Source: Terriglobia bacterium (GTDB lineage Bacteria > Acidobacteriota > Terriglobia > Acidiferrales > UBA7541). Taken from it: a stretch of 64,000 bases of DNA. The stretch is from positions 373 to 64,372 of the forward strand of contig JAIQGC010000001.1 in the NCBI GenBank assembly GCA_020072805.1, read 5' to 3'. The notes beneath the pieces are model-generated. The model had not been told where the DNA came from. It did no database searches and was given only the letters and a program-made list of their open reading frames with translations. The position numbers were made by a program, and so were the translations under genes. Shown piece by piece: positions 56,137 to 64,000 of this stretch (position 1 is the stretch's first letter; every line of letters starts with the position of its first letter).

Positions 56137-56961
56137 ATGGTGGAAACCGCCAATCCCGACGAATTTAATACACAGGCCGTGCGCCGCAAACCCGAGGAGT
56201 TCCAGTTCATCAAGCTGCGCCTCGAGGGGGGAGCGGCCTGGATGACGCTGAACCGCCCGGAGCACAACCTGCTGAACGAAGCGATGCTGAAGGAACTGGC
56301 GGACGGCTTCAGCTTCCTGGGCGAAAAAAACGATGTGAAGCTGGTGGTATTGGATTCGGCGTGCAAAGTGTTCTGCGGGGGCATCGACCTGGGGGAGTAC
56401 ACCTCGCAGCGCGTCTTTCAGATGCTGAGCGCTTTTCACGGGGTGTTCACGGCCATGATGGACGTGGCCAAGCCGGTGCTTTGCGTGGTGAACGGCCAGG
56501 CCATCGGCGGCGGCGGGGAACTGGCGGCGTTCGGCGATTTGGTGGTGGCCTCTCCCAAAGCGCGATTTGCGCAGCCGGAAATTTCCATCGGCGTATTCCC
56601 GGCGCTGGCCACGACGGTCCTGCCGTTGCTGGTGGGGCCCAAGAAGGCCCTGGAACTGGTGCTGACCGGGGAGCCGATTACGGCGGAGCAGGCCTTCGAG
56701 CTGGGACTGGTGAACCGCCTGGTCCCGGAAGAAAAACTGGCGCAGACGGTGAAGGATCTGATCGCCCGGATCACCTCGCATTCCGGCCCGGTGCTGTCCA
56801 TGGCCAAGCGGGCCATCCTGGGCGGGACGGGAATGTCCATCCAGGACGGCATGAAAAATTCCATGAATATTTTCCTGAACGAACTGTACAAGCTGGACGA
56901 CGCGCAGGAAGGCGTGCGCGCCATCCTGGAAAAGCGCAAGCCGGAGTGGAAGAACCGCTGA
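56137..56961 (+). CDS. Enoyl-CoA hydratase/isomerase family protein
   Basis: LNRPE, FCGGIDL, AIGGGGEL and FAQPEI. Confidence 0.92.
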   Translation: MVETANPDEFNTQAVRRKPEEFQFIKLRLEGGAAWMTLNRPEHNLLNEAMLKELADGFSFLGEKNDVKLVVLDSACKVFCGGIDLGEYTSQRVFQMLSAFHGVFTAMMDVAKPVLCVVNGQAIGGGGELAAFGDLVVASPKARFAQPEISIGVFPALATTVLPLLVGPKKALELVLTGEPITAEQAFELGLVNRLVPEEKLAQTVKDLIARITSHSGPVLSMAKRAILGGTGMSIQDGMKNSMNIFLNELYKLDDAQEGVRAILEKRKPEWKNR

Positions 56962-56979
56962 GGGAACGTTACCGGACGA

Positions 56980-57008
56980 TTGACACTCCTCCGCGCGGGA
57001 CATAGACT
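56980..57008 (+). promoter_or_regulatory. sigma-70 promoter of the btuFCD-btuB operon
   Basis: TTGACA-N17-TAGACT immediately upstream of the riboswitch. Confidence 0.8.
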
Positions 57009-57014
57009 GAATAT

Positions 57015-57115
57015 TGAATTTGCAGGCCCGGGCAGCGGGGAAGGCCGTGAAAACCGGCCGCGGTCCCGCCACTGTGATCGGCCAAGCAGGCCGTAAGCCA
57101 GGATTCCCTCCCGGA
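57015..57115 (+). ncRNA. Cobalamin riboswitch 1 (short form, no P6 extension)
   Basis: GGGAA-GGCCGTGAAAACCGGCC, B12 core GGTCCCGCCACTGTGA, short GGCC/GGCC stem and AGCCAGGA. Lies upstream of B12 transport genes. Confidence 0.9.
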
Positions 57116-57157
57116 CCGTGATGGCAGGCGAACCTCGCGAGAAGGACGCCGGCAGTT

Positions 57158-57187
57158 TCCCCACGATTTCTCGTGGGGATTTTTTTT
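57158..57187 (+). terminator. Intrinsic terminator (riboswitch 1 expression platform)
   Basis: CCCCACGA-TTTC-TCGTGGGG-A followed by T8, before the btuF start. Confidence 0.85.
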
Positions 57188-57209
57188 CTCTGGACGCGAA
57201 GGAGAGCGT

Positions 57210-58232
57210 GTGATGTTGGGCGGTAGGAAAATTCGGATGCGCGCGCCGTGGGCCGCGCTGGGGATGGCGGTATTCCTGGGCGGGCCGCTGGCCGCGCAGA
57301 ACCGCGTCCTCCCGGCCGCGCCGGCAGCCCCTTCTTTCTCCGAAGTGACCGACGAAGCGGGGCGCAAGGTGCGCGTGCCGCAGCCGGTGCGGCGCATTGT
57401 TTCCCTCGCGCCCAGCCTGACGGAAACGATCTACGAATTGGGAGCGCAGGACCGTCTGGTGGCGGACACGGACTATTGCGATTACCCGGAGGAAGCGCGC
57501 AGCAAGGCCAAGGTAGGAGGAGCGCTTAATCCCAGCATCGAGCAGATCGCGGCGCTGCACCCCGACCTGGTGCTCCTGACGAAGGGTTTGAACCGCTATG
57601 AGACGGTGCTGGCGCTCGAGCAGCTGGAAATTCCCGTCTACGCGGTAGACCCGCACAGTGTCGAGGAGATGATTGCTTCCTCGAAGCGGCTGGCGGAAAT
57701 TCTGGGCATTCCGGAGGCGGGCCGGGCACTGAGCGAGGATCTGGAAAAGAGACTGGAAGAGCTGCGCAGCCGCCTGGCGGGGCTGCCTGCCAAGCGGGTG
57801 CTGTTCGTGGTCTGGAGCGAACCATTGGTTTCGGCGGGGCAGAAAACGTTTGTCGCGGATGCGCTGCGCCGGGCGGGGGCGGTTTCCATCGTGGAGACGG
57901 AACAGGACTGGCCGCAGATCAGCCTCGAAGAAGCGGTGCGCCTGCATCCGGAATTTATCGTGTTTGCCGCGGCGCATGCGCAGAGCGGGGAGAAAGAATT
58001 CAGCGCGCTGGCGGAGCGCCCGGTGTGGCGGGAAATGGAAGCGGTGAAAAGCCGGAAGATCGTGGTGGTGAGCGAAGCGGTGAACCGTCCGGCGCCGCGC
58101 ATGGTCGCCGCAATCGAGGAACTGGCGCGGCAGTTGCACCCGGAGGCGTTTTCCGGGGACGAGAAGAAAGCCCCGGCGAATTCGCCGCCGGCGCGGCTGG
58201 CGAATTCCTTCAAGGGCGGAGGCGCGGGATGA
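57210..58232 (+). CDS. btuF: Cobalamin ABC transporter periplasmic binding protein
   Basis: RRIVSLAPSLTETIYELG, DYCDYP, PSIEQIAALHPDLV and RPAPR. Lies under a B12 riboswitch. Confidence 0.88.
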   Translation: MMLGGRKIRMRAPWAALGMAVFLGGPLAAQNRVLPAAPAAPSFSEVTDEAGRKVRVPQPVRRIVSLAPSLTETIYELGAQDRLVADTDYCDYPEEARSKAKVGGALNPSIEQIAALHPDLVLLTKGLNRYETVLALEQLEIPVYAVDPHSVEEMIASSKRLAEILGIPEAGRALSEDLEKRLEELRSRLAGLPAKRVLFVVWSEPLVSAGQKTFVADALRRAGAVSIVETEQDWPQISLEEAVRLHPEFIVFAAAHAQSGEKEFSALAERPVWREMEAVKSRKIVVVSEAVNRPAPRMVAAIEELARQLHPEAFSGDEKKAPANSPPARLANSFKGGGAG

Positions 58233-59269
58233 AACCCTTGACGCTGCGCAGTCTCCTGATCCGCTGCGGAATTCTGGCGGCCGTGCTCTTCGTGAGCGTG
58301 TTCATCGCGCTGAAACTCGGCGCTGTTCCCGTGTCCCTCTACGGCCTCGGGCGGGACATCATTCGCGTGGCCCTGGGCTACAGCAGCGACCTTTCCACGG
58401 ACTACCGGCTGATCGTCTTCGATATCCGCATGCCGCGCATCCTCCTGGCCATTTTCGTGGGCGCCTCTCTTTCCGTCGCCGGAACGAGTTTTCAGGCGCT
58501 GCTGCGCAATCCTCTGGCGGACCCGTATGTGCTCGGCGTTTCCAGCGGTTCGGCCGTCGGAGCCATCCTGGCGCTGATCGCCGCGCAGCATTTGGACTTG
58601 CCGCCGCTGGTGTCCGGCTTGCTCACGCCCCTCGGAGCGTTTCTCGGGGGCATGGCCACGATTGCCGCGGTTTATTTTCTGGGCCGCCGCGAAGGACAGA
58701 TCGAAAGCGGAACGCTGCTGCTCGCGGGAATCATCTGCGTCTCGTTTCTTTCCGGCATCATTACGTTTTTGCTGAACACCCTCTCCCTGCGCGACCGCGG
58801 AGGCATGAGCTTCTGGCTGCTGGGTGAGCTGGGGACGCCGCTGCCGGCGAGCCTGCGCTGGTTTCTGGTGCTTGGGTTCTTCGTGGCGGCTGCAGCCATC
58901 TATACCACCGCCTCGGACCTCAACCTGCTTCTTTCCGGCGAGCAGGAGGCCATGCATCTCGGAGTGGATATTGACCGCGTCCGCTTGGTGGTTTACATCG
59001 GCGCTTCGGTGCTTACGGGCCTGGCGGTATCGGTCAGCGGGGCCATCGGCTTCGTGGGCTTGCTGGTGCCGCACATCATGCGCGTTATTTTTGGACCGGA
59101 TCACCGCGTCCTGCTGCCTACGGCGGCGCTGGGCGGGGCCATTGTGCTGGTGCTTGCGGATGCGCTGGCGCGCACAGTGGTGGCTCCAACGGAAATTCCG
59201 GTGGGCGCGGTAACCGCCATTGTGGGCGCGCCCCTGTTTATCTACGTGCTGCGCAGGAGGAGCGCATGA
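58229..59269 (+). CDS. btuC: Cobalamin ABC transporter permease (FecCD/BtuC family)
   Basis: RMPRILLA, QALLRNPLADPYVLGVSSG, GAIGFVGLLVPH and EIPVG. Confidence 0.88.
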   Translation: MKPLTLRSLLIRCGILAAVLFVSVFIALKLGAVPVSLYGLGRDIIRVALGYSSDLSTDYRLIVFDIRMPRILLAIFVGASLSVAGTSFQALLRNPLADPYVLGVSSGSAVGAILALIAAQHLDLPPLVSGLLTPLGAFLGGMATIAAVYFLGRREGQIESGTLLLAGIICVSFLSGIITFLLNTLSLRDRGGMSFWLLGELGTPLPASLRWFLVLGFFVAAAAIYTTASDLNLLLSGEQEAMHLGVDIDRVRLVVYIGASVLTGLAVSVSGAIGFVGLLVPHIMRVIFGPDHRVLLPTAALGGAIVLVLADALARTVVAPTEIPVGAVTAIVGAPLFIYVLRRRSA

Positions 59270-60165
59270 GCGCTTCCACCCCGATTCCCCCGTCTTCTGC
59301 TGCGGCCCACCTGGCCGCGGGCGTGCTTGGCGCCCCGGGCAATGAGGTGCGCCTGAGCGTCGAGCAGGCCAGCTACGCCTATCTTCCCAATCCTTCCCAG
59401 GCCCCGCTGTTCACTCTCGAGGCCACCAGCTTTCAGGCGCGGCCGGGCGAACTGGTTGCGATTCTGGGGCCGAATGCCAGCGGAAAGTCCACCCTGCTGA
59501 AACTGATTTCCGGGGCGCTGCGGCCGCTCTCCGGGCGGGTGCTGCTGAACGGATTTTCCACCGGGAGTCTCGATCCGCGCACTCGCGCGCAGCGCATCGC
59601 CGTGGTGCAGCAGGAGAGCCGCCTGCTCTTTCCCTCGCGCGTGTGGGAGTTTGTGCTGCAAGGGCGGCATGCGCACGGGCGCTCGCTGCGCTTCGAATCC
59701 GCGGATGACATTATCATCGCCCGCGGCGCCCTGGCCCGCGTGGGCGCCGAGCACCTGATCGAGCGCTGGATGGACCAGCTCTCGGGCGGCGAAAAGCAGC
59801 GCGTGATTCTGGCGCGCGCCCTGGCACAGCAGCCGCTGTTGCTGTTGCTGGATGAACCGACGCTGCATCTGGACGTCGGCGCACAGATGGATTTTCTCGA
59901 GGTCCTGCGCAGGCTGGCGGCGCAGAACCACTACACCGTGGTGGTGGTGACGCACGAACTGAATCTGGCCGCCGAATACGCCGATCAGGTCGTCCTCATG
60001 CAGCGCGGCAAAGTGCTGCGCACCGGCTCCGCCGCGGCCGTCATGCAGCGGGAAATTCTTGAACAGGTTTTTCAGGCTTCCTTGAGCGTGGAGATCGGCG
60101 CATCCGGCCGCCCGCGCATCACGGTGCTTTCCGGCAGTCTCGGCAAGCAGGGTCTTTCGCGTTAA
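59266..60165 (+). CDS. btuD: Cobalamin ABC transporter ATP-binding protein
   Basis: GPNASGKST, LSGGEKQR, LLLDEPT and THELNLA. Confidence 0.88.
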   Translation: MSASTPIPPSSAAAHLAAGVLGAPGNEVRLSVEQASYAYLPNPSQAPLFTLEATSFQARPGELVAILGPNASGKSTLLKLISGALRPLSGRVLLNGFSTGSLDPRTRAQRIAVVQQESRLLFPSRVWEFVLQGRHAHGRSLRFESADDIIIARGALARVGAEHLIERWMDQLSGGEKQRVILARALAQQPLLLLLDEPTLHLDVGAQMDFLEVLRRLAAQNHYTVVVVTHELNLAAEYADQVVLMQRGKVLRTGSAAAVMQREILEQVFQASLSVEIGASGRPRITVLSGSLGKQGLSR

Positions 60166-60185
60166 CCTCAGCCGGGCGCGCATCG

Positions 60186-60405
60186 CGGGCGTCCATTTCC
60201 ATCCACCAGCGGACTTCGCGCAAGGGAAGACGGGCAACCGCTCTGCGGTTGCAGCATTAGAAGCCGTCGCCGCCGCGCGACTGTAAGGCGGATTCGTAGC
60301 AGCGTGGTCACTGTGGCTCCCCCGCATCGGGTAAGGGGCCGTGGGAAGGCCGCGCGAGTCCCGGCAATCCGGGACGGCAGTGCCGCCAAGCCAGGAAACC
60401 TGCGA
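60186..60405 (+). ncRNA. Cobalamin riboswitch 2 (long form with P6 extension)
   Basis: AGGGAA at ~60223, GCGACTGTAA at ~60277-60286, GTCACTG...GTGGGAAGG and AGCCAGGAAACCTGC at 60389-60403. Upstream of btuB. The 5' boundary is approximate. Confidence 0.85.
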
Positions 60406-60486
60406 GGCCCGCAGCCGGCGCCGGCAGTCTTCTTACGGCGCAGGACAACCTTCACCTCCCGCGCGAGAGGGAGCGGAGGAGACAAA

Positions 60487-62778
60487 ATGAAAACTTTCTG
60501 CGTTCGTCTGTTCGGTTTGCTTTTTCTTTCGATTCTTCCAGCAGTTCTTTACGCTTCCCCGCAAGGACAATTGAGCGGCGTAGTGACCGACTCCACCGGC
60601 GGCTCGGTAGCCGGAGTGCATGTAAGCGCCGTGCCCGAAGGAGCCGCCGCAGTCGCTGTTACGGCGGTATCGGGCGCGCAAGGGCAGTATTCGCTGGCGC
60701 TTGCGCCGGGAAATTACCACGTGCGATTTGAGAAGGAGGCGTTTGCCACGCGGGAAATCGCCGTGCAGCTGGGCGCCGGGGAGGCGCGCACGCTGGATCT
60801 GCGGCTGGAACTGGAGCGGCTCTCGTCGCGTGTCCTGGTCACCGCCCAAACCGAACCCCTCGAGGCCGCCGCTTCTCCCGCTCCCTCCAGCATCTATTCC
60901 CGCAAGGAAATGGACCAGCGCGGCGCCATCGCCCTCGCCGACCTCCTGCAAGATACCCCCGGCGTGAGCATCTGGCGCACGGGCGCGGAGGGCGGAATGG
61001 CCGCGGTCTCTTTGAACGGCGGCAATTCCAATTTCGTCAAAGTGTTGGTGGACGGCACGCCCGTGAATGATCCGGGCGGCGCAGTCGATTTCTCGAACGT
61101 CACCCTCGATAACGTGGACAAGGTGGAAGTCGTCCGCGGCGCGGAGAGCGCCCTCTACGGTACTGATGCCGTTTCCGGCGTGATCCAGATCATCTCTCAT
61201 CGCGGCACGACGCGCACCCCGGCGGTAAACATGTTCACCGAAGGCGGCGGCTTTGCCACTGCCCGCGGCGGCGCGCAACTCAGCGGCCTGCTCGGTAAAT
61301 TCGACTACTCCGGGGCGGCCTCCTACTTCAATACCGATGGCCAGGGCCCCAACGACGGTCTCCTCAACCGCACCGTTTCCGGTAATTTCGGATGGAGCTT
61401 CAGCCAGAACAATCAATTGCGCCTGACATTGCGCAACACCGACAGCGATGCGGGAATCCCCGGCCAGACTCTTTTCGAACCCGCGAACCTCGACCAGCAC
61501 AGCGCCATGCATTCCTTCAGTGCGGGGCAGCGCTGGAATTTTACGAGCGGCGCGCACTGGCGGCATGAACTTTCCGCCTCGGAATCCTACAGCCGCGAAC
61601 TCAACGACAATCCCGGCCAGGATTTTTACAATCCCTTGGACCCCTACTGCCCGCTACCCTCGCCCGGGTCCACGGCGGTGTCCTCCTCCTATTGCGATTA
61701 CACCTTCACGGACCGCAGTGAGTTCAATCGCACCGGCTTCCGCGCGCAGTCCAGCTACGTCGCTCCCAAATTCGGCGCCACCGCCGGCTACCAATACGAA
61801 GTCGAAAACGGCTACATGCTGGCCTCCTACAGCGGCTTCGTGCAGGAGTTGAGCCACCGCCGCGCCAGCCAGGGCGGCTTCCTCGACCTCCGCTGGACCC
61901 CGCTTTCGCGCCTGCTCCTTTCGGGCGGCGTGCGCGCCGAAGCCAACGGCGTCTTCGGCACTCGCGTCGTTCCCCGCTTCGGCGCTTCCTATGCTCTCCG
62001 CGCCAGCCAGGGCTTCTGGGGCGATACCCGCGCGCGCGTATTTTACGGCCAGGGCATCAAGGAGCCGCGCATGGACCAGTCCTACACCCTCGGCGCCGAT
62101 CCCTGCTATCCAGGCAATCCCGATCTGCGCCCCGAGCGCAGCCGCACCTGGAGCGCGGGCATCGAACAAAAACTCGCTTCGGACAAAGTCCGCATTTCCG
62201 CCGAGTATTTCCAGAACCGCTTCTATGACATGGTCAGCTTCACCTACTGCGCATTCGGAGGGCAGTGCCCGGTGGCCCCGCCGGCGGGTTGCGTCTGGGG
62301 TTTCGGAACCTTCTTCAACACCGACCTCTCCCGCGCCCGCGGAACCAACATCGCCGTCGAAGTGAAGCCCCTGCACTGGCTGAGCCTCGCCGGAAATTAT
62401 TCCTACGATGACAGCCTCGTGCTCTCCTCACCCAACGCCTGGGACCCGGCCATGCTTCCCGGCAACCGCCTCCTGCGCCGTCCTTCCCATTCCGGCTCGC
62501 TCATCGCCAATGCCTCCTTCCGCGCGGTGAACGTCAACCTCTCCGGGTATTTCACCGGCGAGCGCACGGATAGCGACTTCCTCTACCTGGGCATGACCAG
62601 CAACCCCGGCTACGCCCGTTTCGATTTCGCCACCAGCTACGCGGCGGCGAAGGGCGTTACCTTCCACGCCCGCATCGCCAACCTGTTCGACAAACAGTAT
62701 CAGGATGCGCTGGGCTATCCTGCGCTCGGGCGCGAGTTCCGCATGGGCGCGAATTACCGTTTCGGTGGAAAAAAATAG
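60487..62778 (+). CDS. btuB: TonB-dependent cobalamin receptor with N-terminal carboxypeptidase-regulatory-like domain
   Basis: RBS GGAGGA, signal peptide, plug motifs (VLVDGTPVN, VEVVRGAESALYGTDAVSGVI) and C-terminal NLFDKQY...GREFRMGANYRF. Riboswitch-controlled. Confidence 0.85.
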   Translation: MKTFCVRLFGLLFLSILPAVLYASPQGQLSGVVTDSTGGSVAGVHVSAVPEGAAAVAVTAVSGAQGQYSLALAPGNYHVRFEKEAFATREIAVQLGAGEARTLDLRLELERLSSRVLVTAQTEPLEAAASPAPSSIYSRKEMDQRGAIALADLLQDTPGVSIWRTGAEGGMAAVSLNGGNSNFVKVLVDGTPVNDPGGAVDFSNVTLDNVDKVEVVRGAESALYGTDAVSGVIQIISHRGTTRTPAVNMFTEGGGFATARGGAQLSGLLGKFDYSGAASYFNTDGQGPNDGLLNRTVSGNFGWSFSQNNQLRLTLRNTDSDAGIPGQTLFEPANLDQHSAMHSFSAGQRWNFTSGAHWRHELSASESYSRELNDNPGQDFYNPLDPYCPLPSPGSTAVSSSYCDYTFTDRSEFNRTGFRAQSSYVAPKFGATAGYQYEVENGYMLASYSGFVQELSHRRASQGGFLDLRWTPLSRLLLSGGVRAEANGVFGTRVVPRFGASYALRASQGFWGDTRARVFYGQGIKEPRMDQSYTLGADPCYPGNPDLRPERSRTWSAGIEQKLASDKVRISAEYFQNRFYDMVSFTYCAFGGQCPVAPPAGCVWGFGTFFNTDLSRARGTNIAVEVKPLHWLSLAGNYSYDDSLVLSSPNAWDPAMLPGNRLLRRPSHSGSLIANASFRAVNVNLSGYFTGERTDSDFLYLGMTSNPGYARFDFATSYAAAKGVTFHARIANLFDKQYQDALGYPALGREFRMGANYRFGGKK

Positions 62779-62812
62779 CCGCAGCGTGAATCCCGCGACG
62801 GAACAGAAAGCG

Positions 62813-62837
62813 ACTGGCCGGGGCGGTCCCGGCCAGT
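62813..62837. terminator. Strong hairpin downstream of btuB (possible terminator)
   Basis: ACTGGCCGGG-GCGGT-CCCGGCCAGT, a 10-bp stem with only a short T run. Confidence 0.45.
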
Positions 62838-62995
62838 TTCGAAAAATAGAATCCCGCCGCGGGATGATACAACTTGAAACCGAAAAATTAGACCGATACT
62901 GGCGAGCCTAAGTTGTTGTCTTTCAATTCTTTATCCAGTGAAAACCCAACTTCGCCGAAGTCTGGTTTTTTCTCCGGTCCTGCTCTCGCCAACTT

Positions 62996-63049
62996 TGTCA
63001 TTCCGACCGGAGGGACGGCGTTTTCTGCCGTCCCGGAGTGGAGGAATCT
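62996..63049 (+). repeat. Palindromic repeat, TGTCAT...GGAGGAATCT family (copy 2)
   Basis: TGTCATTCCGACCGGA-GGGACGGC-GTTTTCT-GCCGTCCC-GGAGTGGAGGAATCT. Confidence 0.65.
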
Positions 63050-63089
63050 CTCTTCAACTTCGGAATTCAGGTATAATCGTCAACCTGTT

Positions 63090-64000
63090 ATGGCTAAAAG
63101 CGCTTCGGAAAACAGTGCCCTCGCGCCGGAGATCCTGGCGAAATACGAGCCGGTCATCGGCCTCGAAGTGCACGTCCAGTTGCAGACGAGGACCAAGATT
63201 TTCTGCTCCTGCTCCACGCGTTTCGGCGATGCGCCGAACAGCAACGTCTGCCCCGTCTGCCTGGGCCTTCCTGGAACTCTCCCGGTGCTCAACAAGCGCG
63301 CGGTGGAAATGGGTGTGCGCGCGTCGCTGGCCATCAACTGCGCGGTACACGAGCATTCGCGCTTTGCGCGCAAAAATTATTTCTATCCGGACCTGCCCAA
63401 GGGCTATCAGATTTCCATGTACGACCAGCCGCTGGCCACCGGGGGATGGCTGGAGATCGAGCACGAGGGCGCCCGCAAACGCATCGGCATCACCCGCCTG
63501 CACCTCGAAGACGACGCCGCCAAGGCCCTGCACGAAGGTTTTTCCGCCGCCGACAAGTCCTACGTGGACTACAACCGCGGGGGCACGCCGCTGGCGGAAA
63601 TCGTATCCGAACCAGACATCCGCACGCCGGCCGAGGCCTATGCCTATCTGACCACGCTCAAACAGGTCATGCTGTACACGGAAGTGAGCGACTGCAATAT
63701 GGAAGAGGGTTCGCTGCGCTGCGACGCCAACGTCAGCGTGCGCCTGCGCGGCGCCGAACAGTTCGGCGTGAAGGTCGAAGTCAAAAACCTCAACTCCTTC
63801 CGCTACCTGCAAAAGGCCATCGAATACGAAATCGAGCGCCAAATCGGCGTCCTCGAAAGCGGCGGTAAAATCTTCCAGGAAACCCGCCTCTGGAACCAGA
63901 ACGAAGGCCGCACCATTCCCATGCGCTCCAAGGAAAAGGCCCACGACTACCGCTATTTTCCCGAGCCGGACCTTCTTCCCGTGCACGTCAGCGCCGCATG
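63090..64000 (+). CDS. gatB: Asp/Glu-tRNA amidotransferase subunit B (3' end runs off the window)
   Basis: Not in the ORF track. Translation: MAKSASEN...[13 protein letters not shown]...CPVCLGLPG...[16 protein letters not shown]...HLEDDA...[17 protein letters not shown]...[10 protein letters not shown]...[15 protein letters not shown] at 63072-63077. Confidence 0.96.
   Translation, partial: MAKSASENSALAPEILAKYEPVIGLEVHVQLQTRTKIFCSCSTRFGDAPNSNVCPVCLGLPGTLPVLNKRAVEMGVRASLAINCAVHEHSRFARKNYFYPDLPKGYQISMYDQPLATGGWLEIEHEGARKRIGITRLHLEDDAAKALHEGFSAADKSYVDYNRGGTPLAEIVSEPDIRTPAEAYAYLTTLKQVMLYTEVSDCNMEEGSLRCDANVSVRLRGAEQFGVKVEVKNLNSFRYLQKAIEYEIERQIGVLESGGKIFQETRLWNQNEGRTIPMRSKEKAHDYRYFPEPDLLPVHVSAA

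Overview
High-GC bacterial chromosome segment. The gene style (carboxypeptidase-domain TonB receptors, multiheme-TPR plus ASPIC/UnbV pair) suggests Acidobacteriota, but this is inference. Left end: partial rtcB, then tRNA-Pro(CGG) followed by two degenerate copies of its 3' end (1712-1744 and 11356-11400). These copies bracket an integrase-less ~9.7 kb island encoding a Tat-exported spermidine-dehydrogenase-like flavoprotein, a pentaheme cytochrome c, a TonB-dependent transporter, an APC permease and an AraC regulator. In the flavoprotein, two motif histidines that I recall as heme ligands are replaced by Tyr. Middle: GDP-mannose epimerase, hybrid kinase, proline dehydrogenase, a multiheme-TPR plus FG-GAP/UnbV pair, amidase, hydantoinase/oxoprolinase A and B, a Qng1-type queuosine salvage enzyme and a kinase-M23-aminotransferase fusion. 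These are followed by dprA-topA-[AT-rich cassette]-xerC and rplU-rpmA-obgE-nadD-rsfS-[sensor-less sigma54 activator]-rlmH. Right: an acyl-CoA catabolic cluster resembling the Lva/ACAD10-11 pathway, a second pentaheme cytochrome, a btuFCD-btuB operon with two different cobalamin riboswitches, and partial gatB. Non-coding repeats comprise two copies of a 209-bp MITE-like element carrying GTAG-REP hairpins, free GTAG-REPs and a second palindromic repeat family. No CRISPR array, rRNA or intact transposase was seen. All family assignments come from motif reading, not from database searches.
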